Below, in pieces: positions 12,016 to 26,433 of a DNA stretch of 64,000 nt. The stretch's first letter is position 1. The number at the start of each line of letters is the position of its first letter. Below the pieces are notes generated by a model. The model was not told the DNA's origin. It did not search any database and saw only the letters and a program-made list of their open reading frames with translations. The stretch covers positions 63,240,001 to 63,304,000 of the forward strand of contig OZ024742.1 in assembly GCA_964016885.1 (NCBI GenBank), in the 5' to 3' direction. The position numbers and the translations under genes are program-made. The DNA comes from Eledone cirrhosa (taxonomy: Eukaryota).

Positions 12016-13110
12016 TCTATATATATAAAACTGAGGTTGTCTGTCTGTCTGTCTACTAAAACCGTCGGCACACATCTCCTCCTAAACCATACGTTCAAAT
12101 TTCGGTGAAATTGCTACACTTATAGATGATAGTCCCGCGGAAACATCGGTCAAAAAAATTTTCAAATCGAATTTGTAATGTATTGATTTTTCAGTTCAAA
12201 TGTATAAATAGAGATGAGAGACGAGTTATTTCCCTTTTATGGCGTTATTTGCTTATCTATTTATGTTACGTATAAACGACGCGGTGGACCGAGAATAACA
12301 ATTTCATGCAAAGACAAGACCAAGTTTATGATGTAAATGGAGTAGTTAGACTAATATTCTATTTAAAATAACCGAATGATTTCCAGCTCCGGAGTTTAAG
12401 AATGATGTAAATAAAATTGTAAATGAAAATGACAGGTTAATAAAATACTTTTGGCACAAGGCCAGCAATTACTGGTACTTTACTGGTACTTTATTTTATC
12501 GACCCCGTAAGGATGAAAGGCAAAGTTAATCTCGACGGGATTTTAACTTTGCCTTAACATAGTAAAAGTAAATAGTGAAGATTTAGGCCAGTACATACGT
12601 ATGCGCCGACGAACATACACATACATATACATACGCACACACAAATACATACACACACTCACACACACACGTGCGAACGCGCGCGTGTGTAAACCTAATG
12701 CATTTCTACAGTATTTTCACCAAACTTAAGACATAGGTTACTTATGTGCTCTTGATGGTCATGGGCACTTTCATTTTTCCAGATATTGATTATACCCCCC
12801 CCCCCCCCCCGGCAGATAACCCCCTTTAACCACTTCTTTGGAGTCGACTGATGCAAAAAAACGTCATAACCTCTGGAGTCCGCAACCGATTTTCACAAAA
12901 CTTGACACTTGGGCGACGTTTGTTCTACAGATGAATGTGAACTCTCAGAATTAGCACATATTGAGTAGGGGACCCCTGGGGGCAGGAAAAAGTCGATGAT
13001 TTTGTAAAAGTATAGTTTTCAAAGCAGCACTGAAGTATTGACGTAAATGGTATATATATATTGAAAGGTTAGCAAGGAGGATTGATTACTCCTTCATTGC
13101 ATTTATTGGT
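12016..13110 (+). mobile_element. Second Helitron-like element directly abutting the first (3' end not seen; SINE inserted)
   Basis: 5' TCTATATATATAAAA…(GTCT)n…CTCCTCCTAAAC…ATTTCGGTGAAATT, a layout typical of non-autonomous Helitrons. Confidence 0.6.
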
Positions 13111-13220
13111 AGGTGACGTGCGTAAATTTCCATTTATTAAAATTATTGATATATATATATATATCAATAATTTTAATAAATGGAAATTATCTTTATAAAA
13201 CCATATTCATTTTATCATAT

Positions 13221-13408
13221 GGTGGATTGGCAGTATCGGTAGAGAGTCGTCGGACGCCATGCTTTCCAGTATAGTTACGCCCATTTACGGTCTGAGTTCA
13301 AGTCCCGCCGAGGTTAACTTTGCCTTTCATCCTTACGGGGTCGATAAAATGAAGTACCAGTAATGTACTGGGTAATTGGTGGCCTTGTGCCAAAAGTAGA
13401 AACAATTA
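13221..13408 (+). mobile_element. SINE family A
   Basis: Full-length match. Other plus-strand copies or fragments at ~27040-27180, 27593-27657, 38673-38888, 44256-44370, 50860-51060, 60212-60368, 61985-62135. Confidence 0.88.
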
Positions 13409-13425
13409 TATATATTTCAAGAGAA

Positions 13426-13523
13426 TAAGGTGTCCCCAAAAATATGTATACACTTTCATTACCTGTACAGGCAATATTTATCAGAATGCTGTTGAAATGT
13501 GTATACACTTTTTGGGGATACTC

Positions 13524-13526
<3 letters not shown>
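13426..13526. mobile_element. Tiny Tc1/mariner-type MITE (second copy ~34402-34475)
   Basis: Imperfect TIRs GGTGTCCCCAAAAATATGTATACAC / GTGTATACACTTTTTGGGGATACTC. Confidence 0.6.
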
Positions 13527-13589
<63 letters not shown>

Positions 13590-14138
13590 TATCAAAAGCT
13601 TGTATTGAGTTAGAAACTCAAAATAGTCTCATTACAATAAATTAGCTCTATGAAAAAGGCTTTTCATATATATGTATGTGTGTATGCATGTATATATGTG
13701 TATGTATAAATGTTTATGTGTTATTATGTCTGTGTGTATGTGTGTGTGTGCGTGTATGTATGTATGTGCGCGTGTGTTTTGTCGTATTTCACTAATATGT
13801 GTCTGAAAGGTGTTTCACCAACAGCTGTGACAGTCACCCACTGTCTCCTCCTCCCCCTCCTCTCCACCTTCCCAACTGACCCCCTTTTGCCTCTAATCTT
13901 AGTCCCTTATCATACTTCCAAGAGACGTGATAGTAACGTAATGTCTCCAGCCATACTTCACACAGATAACACAGCCAAACGACTTTTTCATTTAGCACTT
14001 CTCAAATATATAGGTTGTTTTCGACTGTGATCATATGAAGCCCGTACAATATGCAAATGAACTTCGCCATCAAATATTTTATATGCCAAAAATATTTAAG
14101 CTATAGCTAATTCTAATCTCAGTACTGACTGAATAAAC

Positions 14139-14179
14139 GTCACTGATGATGGATAAAAAGTCCTGAAACACGAGATGAC
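14139..14179 (+). ncRNA. Degenerate minimal hammerhead
   Basis: GTCA-CTGATGA-tGGA…TCCt-GAAA-CACGAGA-TGAC. The NUH triplet is damaged. Confidence 0.5.
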
Positions 14180-15463
14180 ATGCATTCTTACATGGCTACA
14201 TAGATAGCTGTGACATGATCACAGCTTAAAACATCATGGCGATACTTAGATATGTTTATTACACATCAACATATTGCTTCTATGATTAATCATACTATGT
14301 TAGTGCTACTGTTAATTAATCCCTGCTAAGTAAAGCACGCATTGTATGCAACCAAACTTCTCCGGGAGATGTTTTATACGCACAAATTACTCTTTATTAT
14401 AAATCATATTATGTTAATTATCTAAGGATCTGAATGTTATGTGTTGTTGTTGAATTCCCGTGTTTGTAATGATCGTACAACGTGTTCCAATTGGTCGAAC
14501 AACGGAAATGTCTGCTCGTGAAATTAACTTGCAGGTGACTGAGCATTCCACATGCGTGTGTACTCTTTGAATTATGAGTACAACTCATTTTTTTTTTTAT
14601 TTGCCAGTGAGTGGACTGGAGTAACATGAAATAAAGCATCTTTCTGAATGACACAATGTGCCAACAGGAAAAAAGAAAAGAAAAGAGAAATAAAATTGGA
14701 GGAGAGAGAACATTTAAATAATTAAAAAGGAGAGAGGCTGGGGGAAATCTCAACATCCTTGAACAGCCAGCGAGATCCGCTGCATCAGTCATTCCACCTC
14801 AAGACTCAGGAAGTTCTTTCCTCGAGTGAGATTCACTACTCTTGCAATTAGTGAACAAAAAAGTCGTCTGCAGGTTCCTAACGGAACGGTTTGCTGGTTC
14901 ACTGCAAGAGAACGACATTAATAAAAAAAATCCCGTCAACCACTTGCTGGTTTATGACTATGTGCTTTCATTCCATTAATCTGTACACATCACCATTTTC
15001 CCATCGCCGTTGAACGTGAATAAAAAAGCACATTTTATATAGACAAACACCTGTGTGACACGAGTACCACATTTTAAACTGACAGCAAGCAAGAAAGCAA
15101 GATGGCCAGAGACTACAAACACAGTAGGTTTCGAGCCAGAATCTTCTTCTCCCTTGTTTATTTGCATGTATATGAGCATGCATATATACAGATTATAAGA
15201 GAGCAAATTGGCAGAGTTGTTAGAACGTCAGATAACATATTTTGCGGTATTCTGTCCAAACTACACCGATACATTTAAAACCTTTTAATAACACAAAAAC
15301 TGCTAATTTTATTTTTATCATCCGAGCGTCGAAATTTTCGTCGCACTGTTTGTGAAGTTAAGAGTTTTTGTGAATTTTTAAAGGGCTCAAACTATTCTTC
15401 CACGCAGAAATTGTTTTAGTTTCAACCTACGTTCTCAAATCAAGTCACTTGCCAGATATGTAC

Positions 15464-15657
<194 letters not shown>

Positions 15658-15667
15658 CACACACACA

Positions 15668-15780
<113 letters not shown>

Positions 15781-15867
15781 ACACACGTCTATATATCTCG
15801 ATTAGTAGTTGTTATATGGCGGCTACAGTTTCGATTCATACCGATTATATATATAGAATATAGAAAT

Positions 15868-15918
15868 GGCTTCTACAGGATTAGAACTGTTTCATTCGAA
15901 GGAAATCATCAGGAAAGC
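15868..15918 (-). ncRNA. Hammerhead motif, same family as 7843
   Basis: GCTTTC-CTGATGA…GAAACAG ttctaatc CTGTA-GAAGC. Confidence 0.75.
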
Positions 15919-16004
15919 TTTCCAGATATATATTAAATTTGTTGTATACACTCTACTAATGTATTGAGTACCTTACTTACTGTGGTTACCCTCGATTGAA
16001 CCCG

Positions 16005-16058
<54 letters not shown>

Positions 16059-16360
16059 CAGATAGGGTGGGGTAAAAACCAGTTAGACCATAACCCACCA
16101 GAGTACTCGATACTTGGGGTAGTAGAGTGGGTAATATGAAAAGATTCAGGACACCGACGGCTGAGCTCGAGCGGTTGGGGTCCTGAATCTTTTCATTCAT
16201 ATATATATATATATAACCAAAGATTAGTATGGTTCATTGATTACTCAATCAATAAAATTTTACAATAGATTAGAAGCACTCAACAGTAGGTTTTCCTGGA
16301 GTTTTTAATATTATTCAAAATATTAACATATGAAAAATATTCTCATAATCAAAATATATA

Positions 16361-16422
16361 TTTTATTATATATATTTCAAAGGTACAGTGTTGTTTTTTC
16401 AGTACGTCCTCATCAGACAAAA
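16361..16422 (-). ncRNA. Hammerhead motif with (AU)n stem III
   Basis: TTTTGT-CTGATGA-…GTAC…GTAC…-GAAA-TATATA-TA-ATAAAA. Confidence 0.7.
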
Positions 16423-16448
16423 TATATGGTTTGATATATGACATACCG

Positions 16449-16521
<73 letters not shown>

Positions 16522-16807
16522 TATATATATGTTTATACATATATACATACATATATACATATATGTATATATATACATATATATATATAAATAAATAAAT
16601 AAATTAGACAATTATCAAAGTTGTGTTCAAATCATTTAAAAGCTGACAATCGTTTCTTCTAAACTCTCGTTTATTTATTTTCCTGCTCTGTAAAACAACT
16701 GATGTTCTTACATTGAGCTATTTCTCTTACTGGTAATAAGGTAGTAGGAAATTACTGACCTTCCTGTTTATAGTTGTTTATACTATATACATAACTATAA
16801 ATAGTAT

Positions 16808-16872
<65 letters not shown>

Positions 16873-17107
16873 TAAACGGAATAGAAAATGCTGACAAATT
16901 GTTCATAGTTGAAAAATGGTTTAATTAGGAATAATTAGTATTAGTGATTGTATGGGTTAGTATTCAGTTGTGGTTTTAAGTTTTTAAGTTTTTACCGGTT
17001 GCGCATTTCTAAATGCTTTTCAAAAATAATTTTGAGATAGAGTGTCCGTGCTGTTTGCTCCAGAGCAAACAGCACGGACACTCTATCTCAAAATTATTAC
17101 ACGCCTT

Positions 17108-17186
<79 letters not shown>

Positions 17187-17549
17187 GTATATATGTATAT
17201 ATATATATATATATATATAGTATATATATATATACATATATATATGTGTGTGTATGTGTGTGTGTGTGTGTGTGTATTTCAATGTAGACCCTGCTCTAGT
17301 ACAAGTTCAAGTTCGCATTTACAACTATGAAGGCGATGAAGTTGAATGTAGCAACACTACCAGGTTAGATTATATGATTGTAATATATAAGTGTTTATAG
17401 GTGAAACAGTTACTATCAATTCATTATATATTCTAGTTAATGGAGTCTTACTTTTACTGTTAAGCTGCTTCAAATTGCTCACACTCTCACGCACAGGCTC
17501 TCTCTCTCTCACACACATACACAAGCAAACATGCACATATACACACACT

Positions 17550-17587
<38 letters not shown>

Positions 17588-17699
17588 TATATATATATAT
17601 AGTTATGTCAGCTGTTCATACATCCAGTGTCATTTTCGATTTTAACTGTTTACATACTTCTACCTTTTTCTCTCCGCTCTCTCTTTCTCCCCCCCCCCC

Positions 17700-17734
<35 letters not shown>

Positions 17735-17968
17735 GTTGGACTGTGGGTGTGGGTGTGCATGTATGTGTATGTCATGCGCGTGTTGTCTGTGTATATGTTT
17801 ATATATGTGTATGTTGCCAGTGTATATGTGTATGTGTGTGTGCACACGCGTAAGGCTGTGTGTATTATGTATTGATTAGAAATAAATATAAAAAAATACA
17901 CATTTTGAATTTCTATGAAACAGATAAACAACTGATATTCTATTATATGTATACATACATATATGCTT

Positions 17969-18058
<90 letters not shown>

Positions 18059-19419
18059 ATGGAAAAAATGAAATTTCATTTCTCACTCTTAGTACGGCTG
18101 ATACTTAAATGTAAGTATGTATGTATACGTACATACATATATGTATACAGACGCACAGTAGTATGTATATATATACATACATGCACACACATATATATGT
18201 ACGTATGGATTTACCGAACATTTATTATAATGCTCGGTTGTTTGTAAACAAACAACCCGAATTAAGCCGTACAGTGTTCGACAACCATCGCTGCCCTATT
18301 TGTTCAACACTGACACAGGGACGATGAACTAGTTTCTAGCTTCTTAGCTGTCATCAGCGCCGTATACCTTCCTGTCAGTTGTGCTATTAAGTTAGACGAA
18401 ACCTATCAAAGTTGTTCAGCTCCCTTGGTGAGTTTTGGCACGATATTAATAATTTCTGGATTAGGTACACATCCAACAATCGGGGGGGGGGGGGGGGTTC
18501 GATTACATCGACCCCTCAGTGCGTTACTGCTACTTTATTTTATCGACCCCGTAAAAATGAAAGGTAAAGCTAACCTCGGCGGGATTTGAAATCAGTACGT
18601 AAAGAACCATAACTATGCGGGGATGCATGGTGTCTGACGCTCTGCTGATTCTGCCAATCTACCGCCCTTTGGCACGATATTAATAAAAACGGTGATGAGG
18701 TTGGGGTAACTGAAATAAAATAGTTGCCTTAATGTTGTTAATGTGAGCTCGATTTTGTAGGGGGCCGATAGCAAGGAGACTAAGCCATGAGTGAATTTTA
18801 AAGTTGATGCCAGCAACATAATCAACATCGTCATTTTATATCCACCTTCCATTCTGGTTGAACAGGTTGTCACTGTCCGCGACTAGACAGGTATGTCTGA
18901 GAGACCTCACATTGCTCATAATTTTCATTTGGGCGGGCAGTATTGATTTTTAATTTAGGCACAAGGTCAGCGGATTTAGGGGAAAGTCAATGTTGAATAA
19001 ATCAACTCTAGTACTTGACTGATGTTTTATTTTATTGGCCCTGAACGATGAAAGGTAAAGTTGACTACGGCAGGGTTTGAACTCAGAATTCCAAGAGCCA
19101 GAACAAATACCGCAATGGCATCTTATTCGACACTCTACCAATTCTGCCAATCGAATCCATATTAATGAAATATTTTCCTCACCATACAAACGATGTAACG
19201 CACACGATAGCGTTGAATATAAAAGAAATGTTTTGTTGGTTTGTTTTATTTTGCTTCTTCTTTATTTATTATTATTATTATTTTTTTTTTTAAATTGACC
19301 TCTGGGGTGCTTCAATTCTCATGATACTTTGTTTCGTGTGAGGAGAGCAAAGCATGCACTTATAGCGCCTGGATCTCTAGACAGAAATTTTCTAAGGATT
19401 CATAAATATATGTATGCGG

Positions 19420-19496
<77 letters not shown>

Positions 19497-19934
19497 AAAA
19501 TGTGTAACCCCGACGGCAGAGCTCAAGTCGTTTTGACGGCTATATATATATATATATATATATGTTTGAGTGTGTGAGAATGTGTGTCTGTGTGTCTGAG
19601 CATTTATATGAGTTTGTGGATATATGTGTGTGTGTGTGTATGTCTGAGCTTGTGAATGTGTCCGTGTATGTGTGCGTGTGTGAGAGTATTGGGGCGTATG
19701 TGTGTACCTGTGTGTATATATATGTGTATGTGATAGGAATTGACGTATTCACAGCAACATTGCTTAAATATTTATTTGTGTCGTAGGAGAACTGGGTGTT
19801 AATTAATGTGTTTATTAATTAATATTTCCAATATTAATTAATTGATTTGCAATAAGAATGAATTAACTACCCTTATGTAGTAATGTCTCTTATTTGTTTT
19901 TTTATTAATATATATGAATACATAGATATGTGCA

Positions 19935-19973
<39 letters not shown>

Positions 19974-19993
19974 GCGTGTGCGTGTGTGTGTGT

Positions 19994-20063
<70 letters not shown>

Positions 20064-21509
20064 GTGTGTGTGTGTGTGCGCGTGTGTGTGTGTGTGTGTG
20101 CGTGTGTGTGTGTGTGTGTGTGCTGGTGCTACAATAAAAGGCACTCAGTACCCTGTAGAGAATGAGGCGTATGTAAACTAGCTGTATCCCCCACACCGGT
20201 CAGTGACTCCGGTTATTTACTGACTCGATCTGTGGCGACCCGTCCAACCCTTGCTAATTGAGAAAACGAACGAGAAGTGATGATGATGATGATGATTGTA
20301 AACATTATATATTATGAAGATCATAAATTAGTTCAATACCGGAGTGTAAGGGTCTCTTAGCTGTACTTCTTGGAAGTGGACAAGCTCTTCGGAACAAACA
20401 TCTTTGGAATCAACATCTTTGGAATCAACATGCAGGGTGGTCGTGTTTCCTAGATGAAACTCAACGTCTATGTATCCATGACCAGAACGAACTACCAATT
20501 TAGTGGATATTAGTTGAGGCCAAATCCAGAGAAAAATTGGCTCCGCCAGGCTGTATTTGCTCAATATTTGCTGTATTAATAGCGTCCACACCACTCTGAA
20601 TAGTCAAGGTTTAAGTGAAGTGAAGTGAAGTGAATTATAGCGTATAACTTAGTATAGTTATGAAGCTATAGAAGTGACTGGAAAGGCAGTAGTTTCGTGT
20701 TTAAGGGTCTCAGCAAATTCGTAAGTACCGTTAAGCATGACACTCATGGCCCTTGAGTCACTGCTATAGATTCTCGACTATAATAAAATATACATCTTTC
20801 TACCATGAGTTTTATGTATATGTATATCTTTGTTCAGCCTTATCTAAAAATGGAGTCGTAGGGGTGTTGACCTGACACGCAGTGTATTTCTTCTTTTTCC
20901 TGAGAAAGTCGTGGGGCAGAGTCCTCAAACACTCCTCCCAGTGGGTTTGAACACTCGAAAGATTGAAAAGAAAAATTGGCGTTATAGGAATTTGAACTTA
21001 AAGCGAAAGGAGCCGAAACAAAACACCGAGAGATTTAATCCGACCCCCTACCGATTCCACCAATTCAACACCTTATAGCCATAACTCTAAATATTTAAAC
21101 TATAGTTTAAATATTCTCCAATTCAGTTTAGTCATTTGACATTTCGGCTTACTTTCTCCACCATCCACCTTGTTCTCTTTATCTTCTGCTCCCTTTGTTA
21201 CTCTCCTCTCATTATCCATTCATAATATTTTCCATTGCAGCCCTACCAGATAATTATTTCACCACATAGAAATCAATACTGGACTTCCCTTCTATGATAA
21301 ACTATGGGAGCCTGTTAAACATGGCTACTTCTCAAGGCGATTATGTTATTTTTTTTAATTTTCTTGAATTGTCTTCTTTTTTTTTTATAATTCGATTGAA
21401 ATAAATACTATGTAATATATATTTTATGTCAATACATTTGAAGATAGTTAATATGAACTTGAAACGCTTGTGCTAAGTAAAGTCGATATTTAAGTACACA
21501 CACACACAA

Positions 21510-21570
<61 letters not shown>

Positions 21571-21688
21571 AAGAAAGAGAGTGTGTGTGTTTGCGGTGCG
21601 AGAACCGGGAAGACCACAAATCAGAGTAGTACTCGATGCATAGTGAGATGCAAAGTTGGTATATATATATATACAATATATATATACA

Positions 21689-21774
<86 letters not shown>

Positions 21775-22070
21775 GCAGATAAGGTTTTGTTTATGTATAT
21801 CAAGAATGAATGCATAAACGGAGAATTCGATTCAACGGTATCCCTTGACTCGTATAACATAATTATCCAAGCGGGGTAATATGGTATATAGGTCCAGAAA
21901 AGATTACGGAGTATATAATATAAGCAAGTATTGCACCAACAGGAATATAGACTTCGGTGAGAGTAAGAATTTATTGACTTTAATATAATAGACACAGAAA
22001 CATGTTAAAGCCAATAAATTCTTTCTCTCCTTTCTCGCCGAAATATATATTCTTCTTGGTGTAATACTTG

Positions 22071-22124
<54 letters not shown>

Positions 22125-22184
22125 CATACATATATATATATATAGTTATGTAATAAACAATGGATACATCCATTTTAAATAAAT

Positions 22185-22257
22185 TTTCATTCTGACGACC
22201 AAAGTCAGACGTCTGTGTCAGGCTCGTCGTTCTTCGTGAAACCTTTGGTAAATGAAA
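22185..22257 (+). ncRNA. Hammerhead motif
   Basis: TTTCATT-CTGACGA-(39-nt irregular domain II)-GAAA-CC ttt GG-TA-AATGAAA. Confidence 0.72.
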
Positions 22258-22669
22258 TAATTATCTTATGTTATTTATTACATAACTAAAAAGCTCTGTA
22301 GCCTACATAGAGCACACTCTTTTCCTTTACCTTTCCTACGGAAACACTTCATATATATATATATATAAATGATATTAATAAATGGAAACTATATTTATAA
22401 AACCATATTTATTCTATTATATATATTTCAAGGGTACCAAAACTTTGGTACGCTCTAAAATACAAAGTTTGTTTTATAAATATTTACATATCCAGGAATG
22501 AGATCTTAACGGTTCAAGTTTTTCCTGGATAGTTATTAATATAATTGATATTATACTCCAGAAAACTTGTCGAGTGCTTCGAATCAGTTATAAATATATA
22601 TATTTGTTGAATTACCAACAAATTAAATATCCCTTTGCTTATATATATATATATGTATGTAAAAGGAAA

Positions 22670-23604
<935 letters not shown>

Positions 23605-23939
23605 ATTCATTTGTTACACTAAAGTTTCATCTGCGTACTCACAAGATCACTAGTCTTGCCTGATGATTCTATGAATACGCAGGTGAAACTCCATAATAAA
23701 TGAATATTTAAACACTACTTCGGTATTGAGTTTACATTCTACGCCCGTCACTAATTCACGTACTCTCAGGTCTTAAACAATTGCATCCCCACCCTCCACC
23801 CGTACTTATTTATTTTTCAGATTCACCCCACCCTCGCTTATTAAATTTTACTAACCTATCTCTGGCAAAATTTGATTGTAAGTGATCCATATCGATACAG
23901 CAGCTAGAAAATCTAATAATATTATTTGGGACCCGAGAG

Positions 23940-23970
<31 letters not shown>

Positions 23971-24555
23971 CGAGAAAAACCACAAACCCTCCATCTCAAT
24001 TATAGTAAAATTCCGTGAAAAGCATAAGAACTGTGAAACCGGTAAAGGAAACAAATAAATATTCTTAAAAAGACTCCAGCTGCATTTTCGATTTCTTATC
24101 CATATACTTTCACTAGTGTAGGACATCTCGTTTTTTTTTTCATTAAAAAAAAACCCTCATTTTCTTCATACATATATTGCCAGATATACTATACATACAT
24201 TCATGTATACATCGCTATTTCAGAGCACCAATACTAATACCTAATTTTTGCTGGATCGGCAATCACTCTGTTTAATCAGCTCCTGATTATTACTGGAATT
24301 CTATAAGAATCCAGCCTCTATAATTCTCGGCAAAGGCAACTGAGTGTGTGGTCTTAATAAATGCTCACAAGCGAGAAACAGACTCTGTCGGCCGCTCCCT
24401 GTTGTTTTTGCCGAGAATAAGTAAGTGACATAGTCACTACTTTAAAACACATAGTGAATGGTCTTCTAAATCTTTTTAATTAAACATACAGTATATTGCC
24501 AAATATACTATACATACATTCATGCTTACATCGCTATTTCAGAGCACCAATACTA

Positions 24556-24606
<51 letters not shown>

Positions 24607-24834
24607 ACTTTGTCTAATTTGTGTATATGTAAATCTTTATATTTAATAATCTCCCATAAGGGTGAGATTCAATTTGGGCAATATTGGGCTGCGCTTTCTA
24701 GCAACCAGCCCACTCGCCGTAAGCAACCAATCTCATTCTTTCTGACTTGACCACTGCCACGTCACAGTTCTTAGCCATTTTGAATTCGTTTCTGGCGGGG
24801 ATCACTTAAGAAAATTCTTTGTCCAAATGAGTTT

Positions 24835-24915
24835 GTTTCCTGGTGAGTTCGAAGCTCGAGATTTTATCCTTGATAGGATATTTCCCAAAGCGAACGAAAC
24901 CCTAAGGGTAGAAAC
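24835..24915 (+). ncRNA. Hammerhead-like motif, A6G core variant
   Basis: GTTTC-CTGGTGA-GTTCG…ATCCT tgat AGGAT…CGAAC-GAAA-CCC taa GGG-TA-GAAAC. Confidence 0.68.
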
Positions 24916-25209
24916 GTAATCCTGGTATGTCTATATGCATTTTTTCTTCTAACTTTAATTTTATACCTAATTGTGTATGGTTGACGGTATATCTAATCGA
25001 TTTCCACGTGCTATTGAAATGTTGGGTAAATATTCTATAGCGGTTGGTCGCGAATAGACTGCTGTCGTTTATTTATCCACTATTTCTTCATAGGTGCTTT
25101 TTAATCTTATAGCCTGGTTTAATTGATTTTTTTGTGTGGTTGATTATGCTAAATGGGAGAGGAAATGGTGTATATATATTATCAAATGATTCTATGGACA
25201 TACTTTATA

Positions 25210-25302
<93 letters not shown>

Positions 25303-25749
25303 CGTGTGTGTGTGTGTGTAATAATGGATATTTAACGTATATTCTTATACAGAAACTGCGTAATTTGACGGCTGCAATTTGAAAAAGTCCTTCTCCCTCA
25401 TACTCATATTTAGAGCGGGTTAAGAGTTTGGGATATATGGATGATTTCTGAGGGAGGGATTTTCGGGGCTGTCTTAGCTTTAATGTAGACTTTTAGTTCA
25501 TGATTGGCTTTTTTTTACGAATGCAATTTTTACGAGTTTGGAATCCTATGGTCTTGTCCACTAGATGTTTTGTCCGAGTGTATTGTTAGCGATAAGGCAT
25601 TCGATGATTGCTTGCGTTTGTTCTATGTATGTACAGAGTGTATATATATGTAGTAAGTGCATGTATATTTAAGATAGCTATCGATGGTGAATAGACTGGC
25701 TGGAACATTAACGGTCTTCTTTACGTACATATATCGATACATGAGGATG

Positions 25750-26262
25750 ATGATGGCTGCAACTCGATTTCGAATAATGCCATCGCTTGATATTTAAGCG
25801 TGAGCATCAGGGAAGTGGCTTTTAGCCCTACTAGGGACTTGTTTATGGCCAACAATGACATGCATCGCAAAAAGTGTTACATATCAAGCGATGCCTGTGC
25901 TTGAAGCTTTTTTAAGTGAGGAAAGGCTTTGCACGGGGCCAACACTACTCTCTGAACATCGAATGCATTTCCCAATAAGAACTGGTCTACATCATTGGAT
26001 GCAAACGGAGTCGCAGGTTTTATATCAGAGTGACCTTCTCTTAGAGAGATGTCTGAATGAAGACTAGGAGTCTCTCGCTCCACAAAAAATTGTTTATTGG
26101 ACGGCCGTTGACTCTCCTGAGTTCCTCTGCCCTTTGACGGGTTTTGTTTTTCATCCTGCAGGATGTCCCAAATCCCCCTCCTCACCAAGCAAGCTTGGCG
26201 GGGTTGCCAGTTTAATCGCCGACGACCCGACCATGCACAAGTTGTACTGGGTTACATGAGTG
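25750..26262 (-). mobile_element. Diverged older relative of the ~600-bp repeat (another at ~41118-41605)
   Basis: Shared blocks CCTGCAGGATGTCC, CCTCCTCACCAAG, GGGGTTGCCAGTTTA, GACCCGACCATG, GTTGTACTGGG. Confidence 0.65.
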
Positions 26263-26290
26263 ATCCCTTAGCTATCAACACGCGAGAGCG

Positions 26291-26433
<143 letters not shown>

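Noticed and set aside
20328-20594. 88-aa non-repetitive ORF
   Set aside because: No true ATG start, no recognisable motif, and an internal short duplication.
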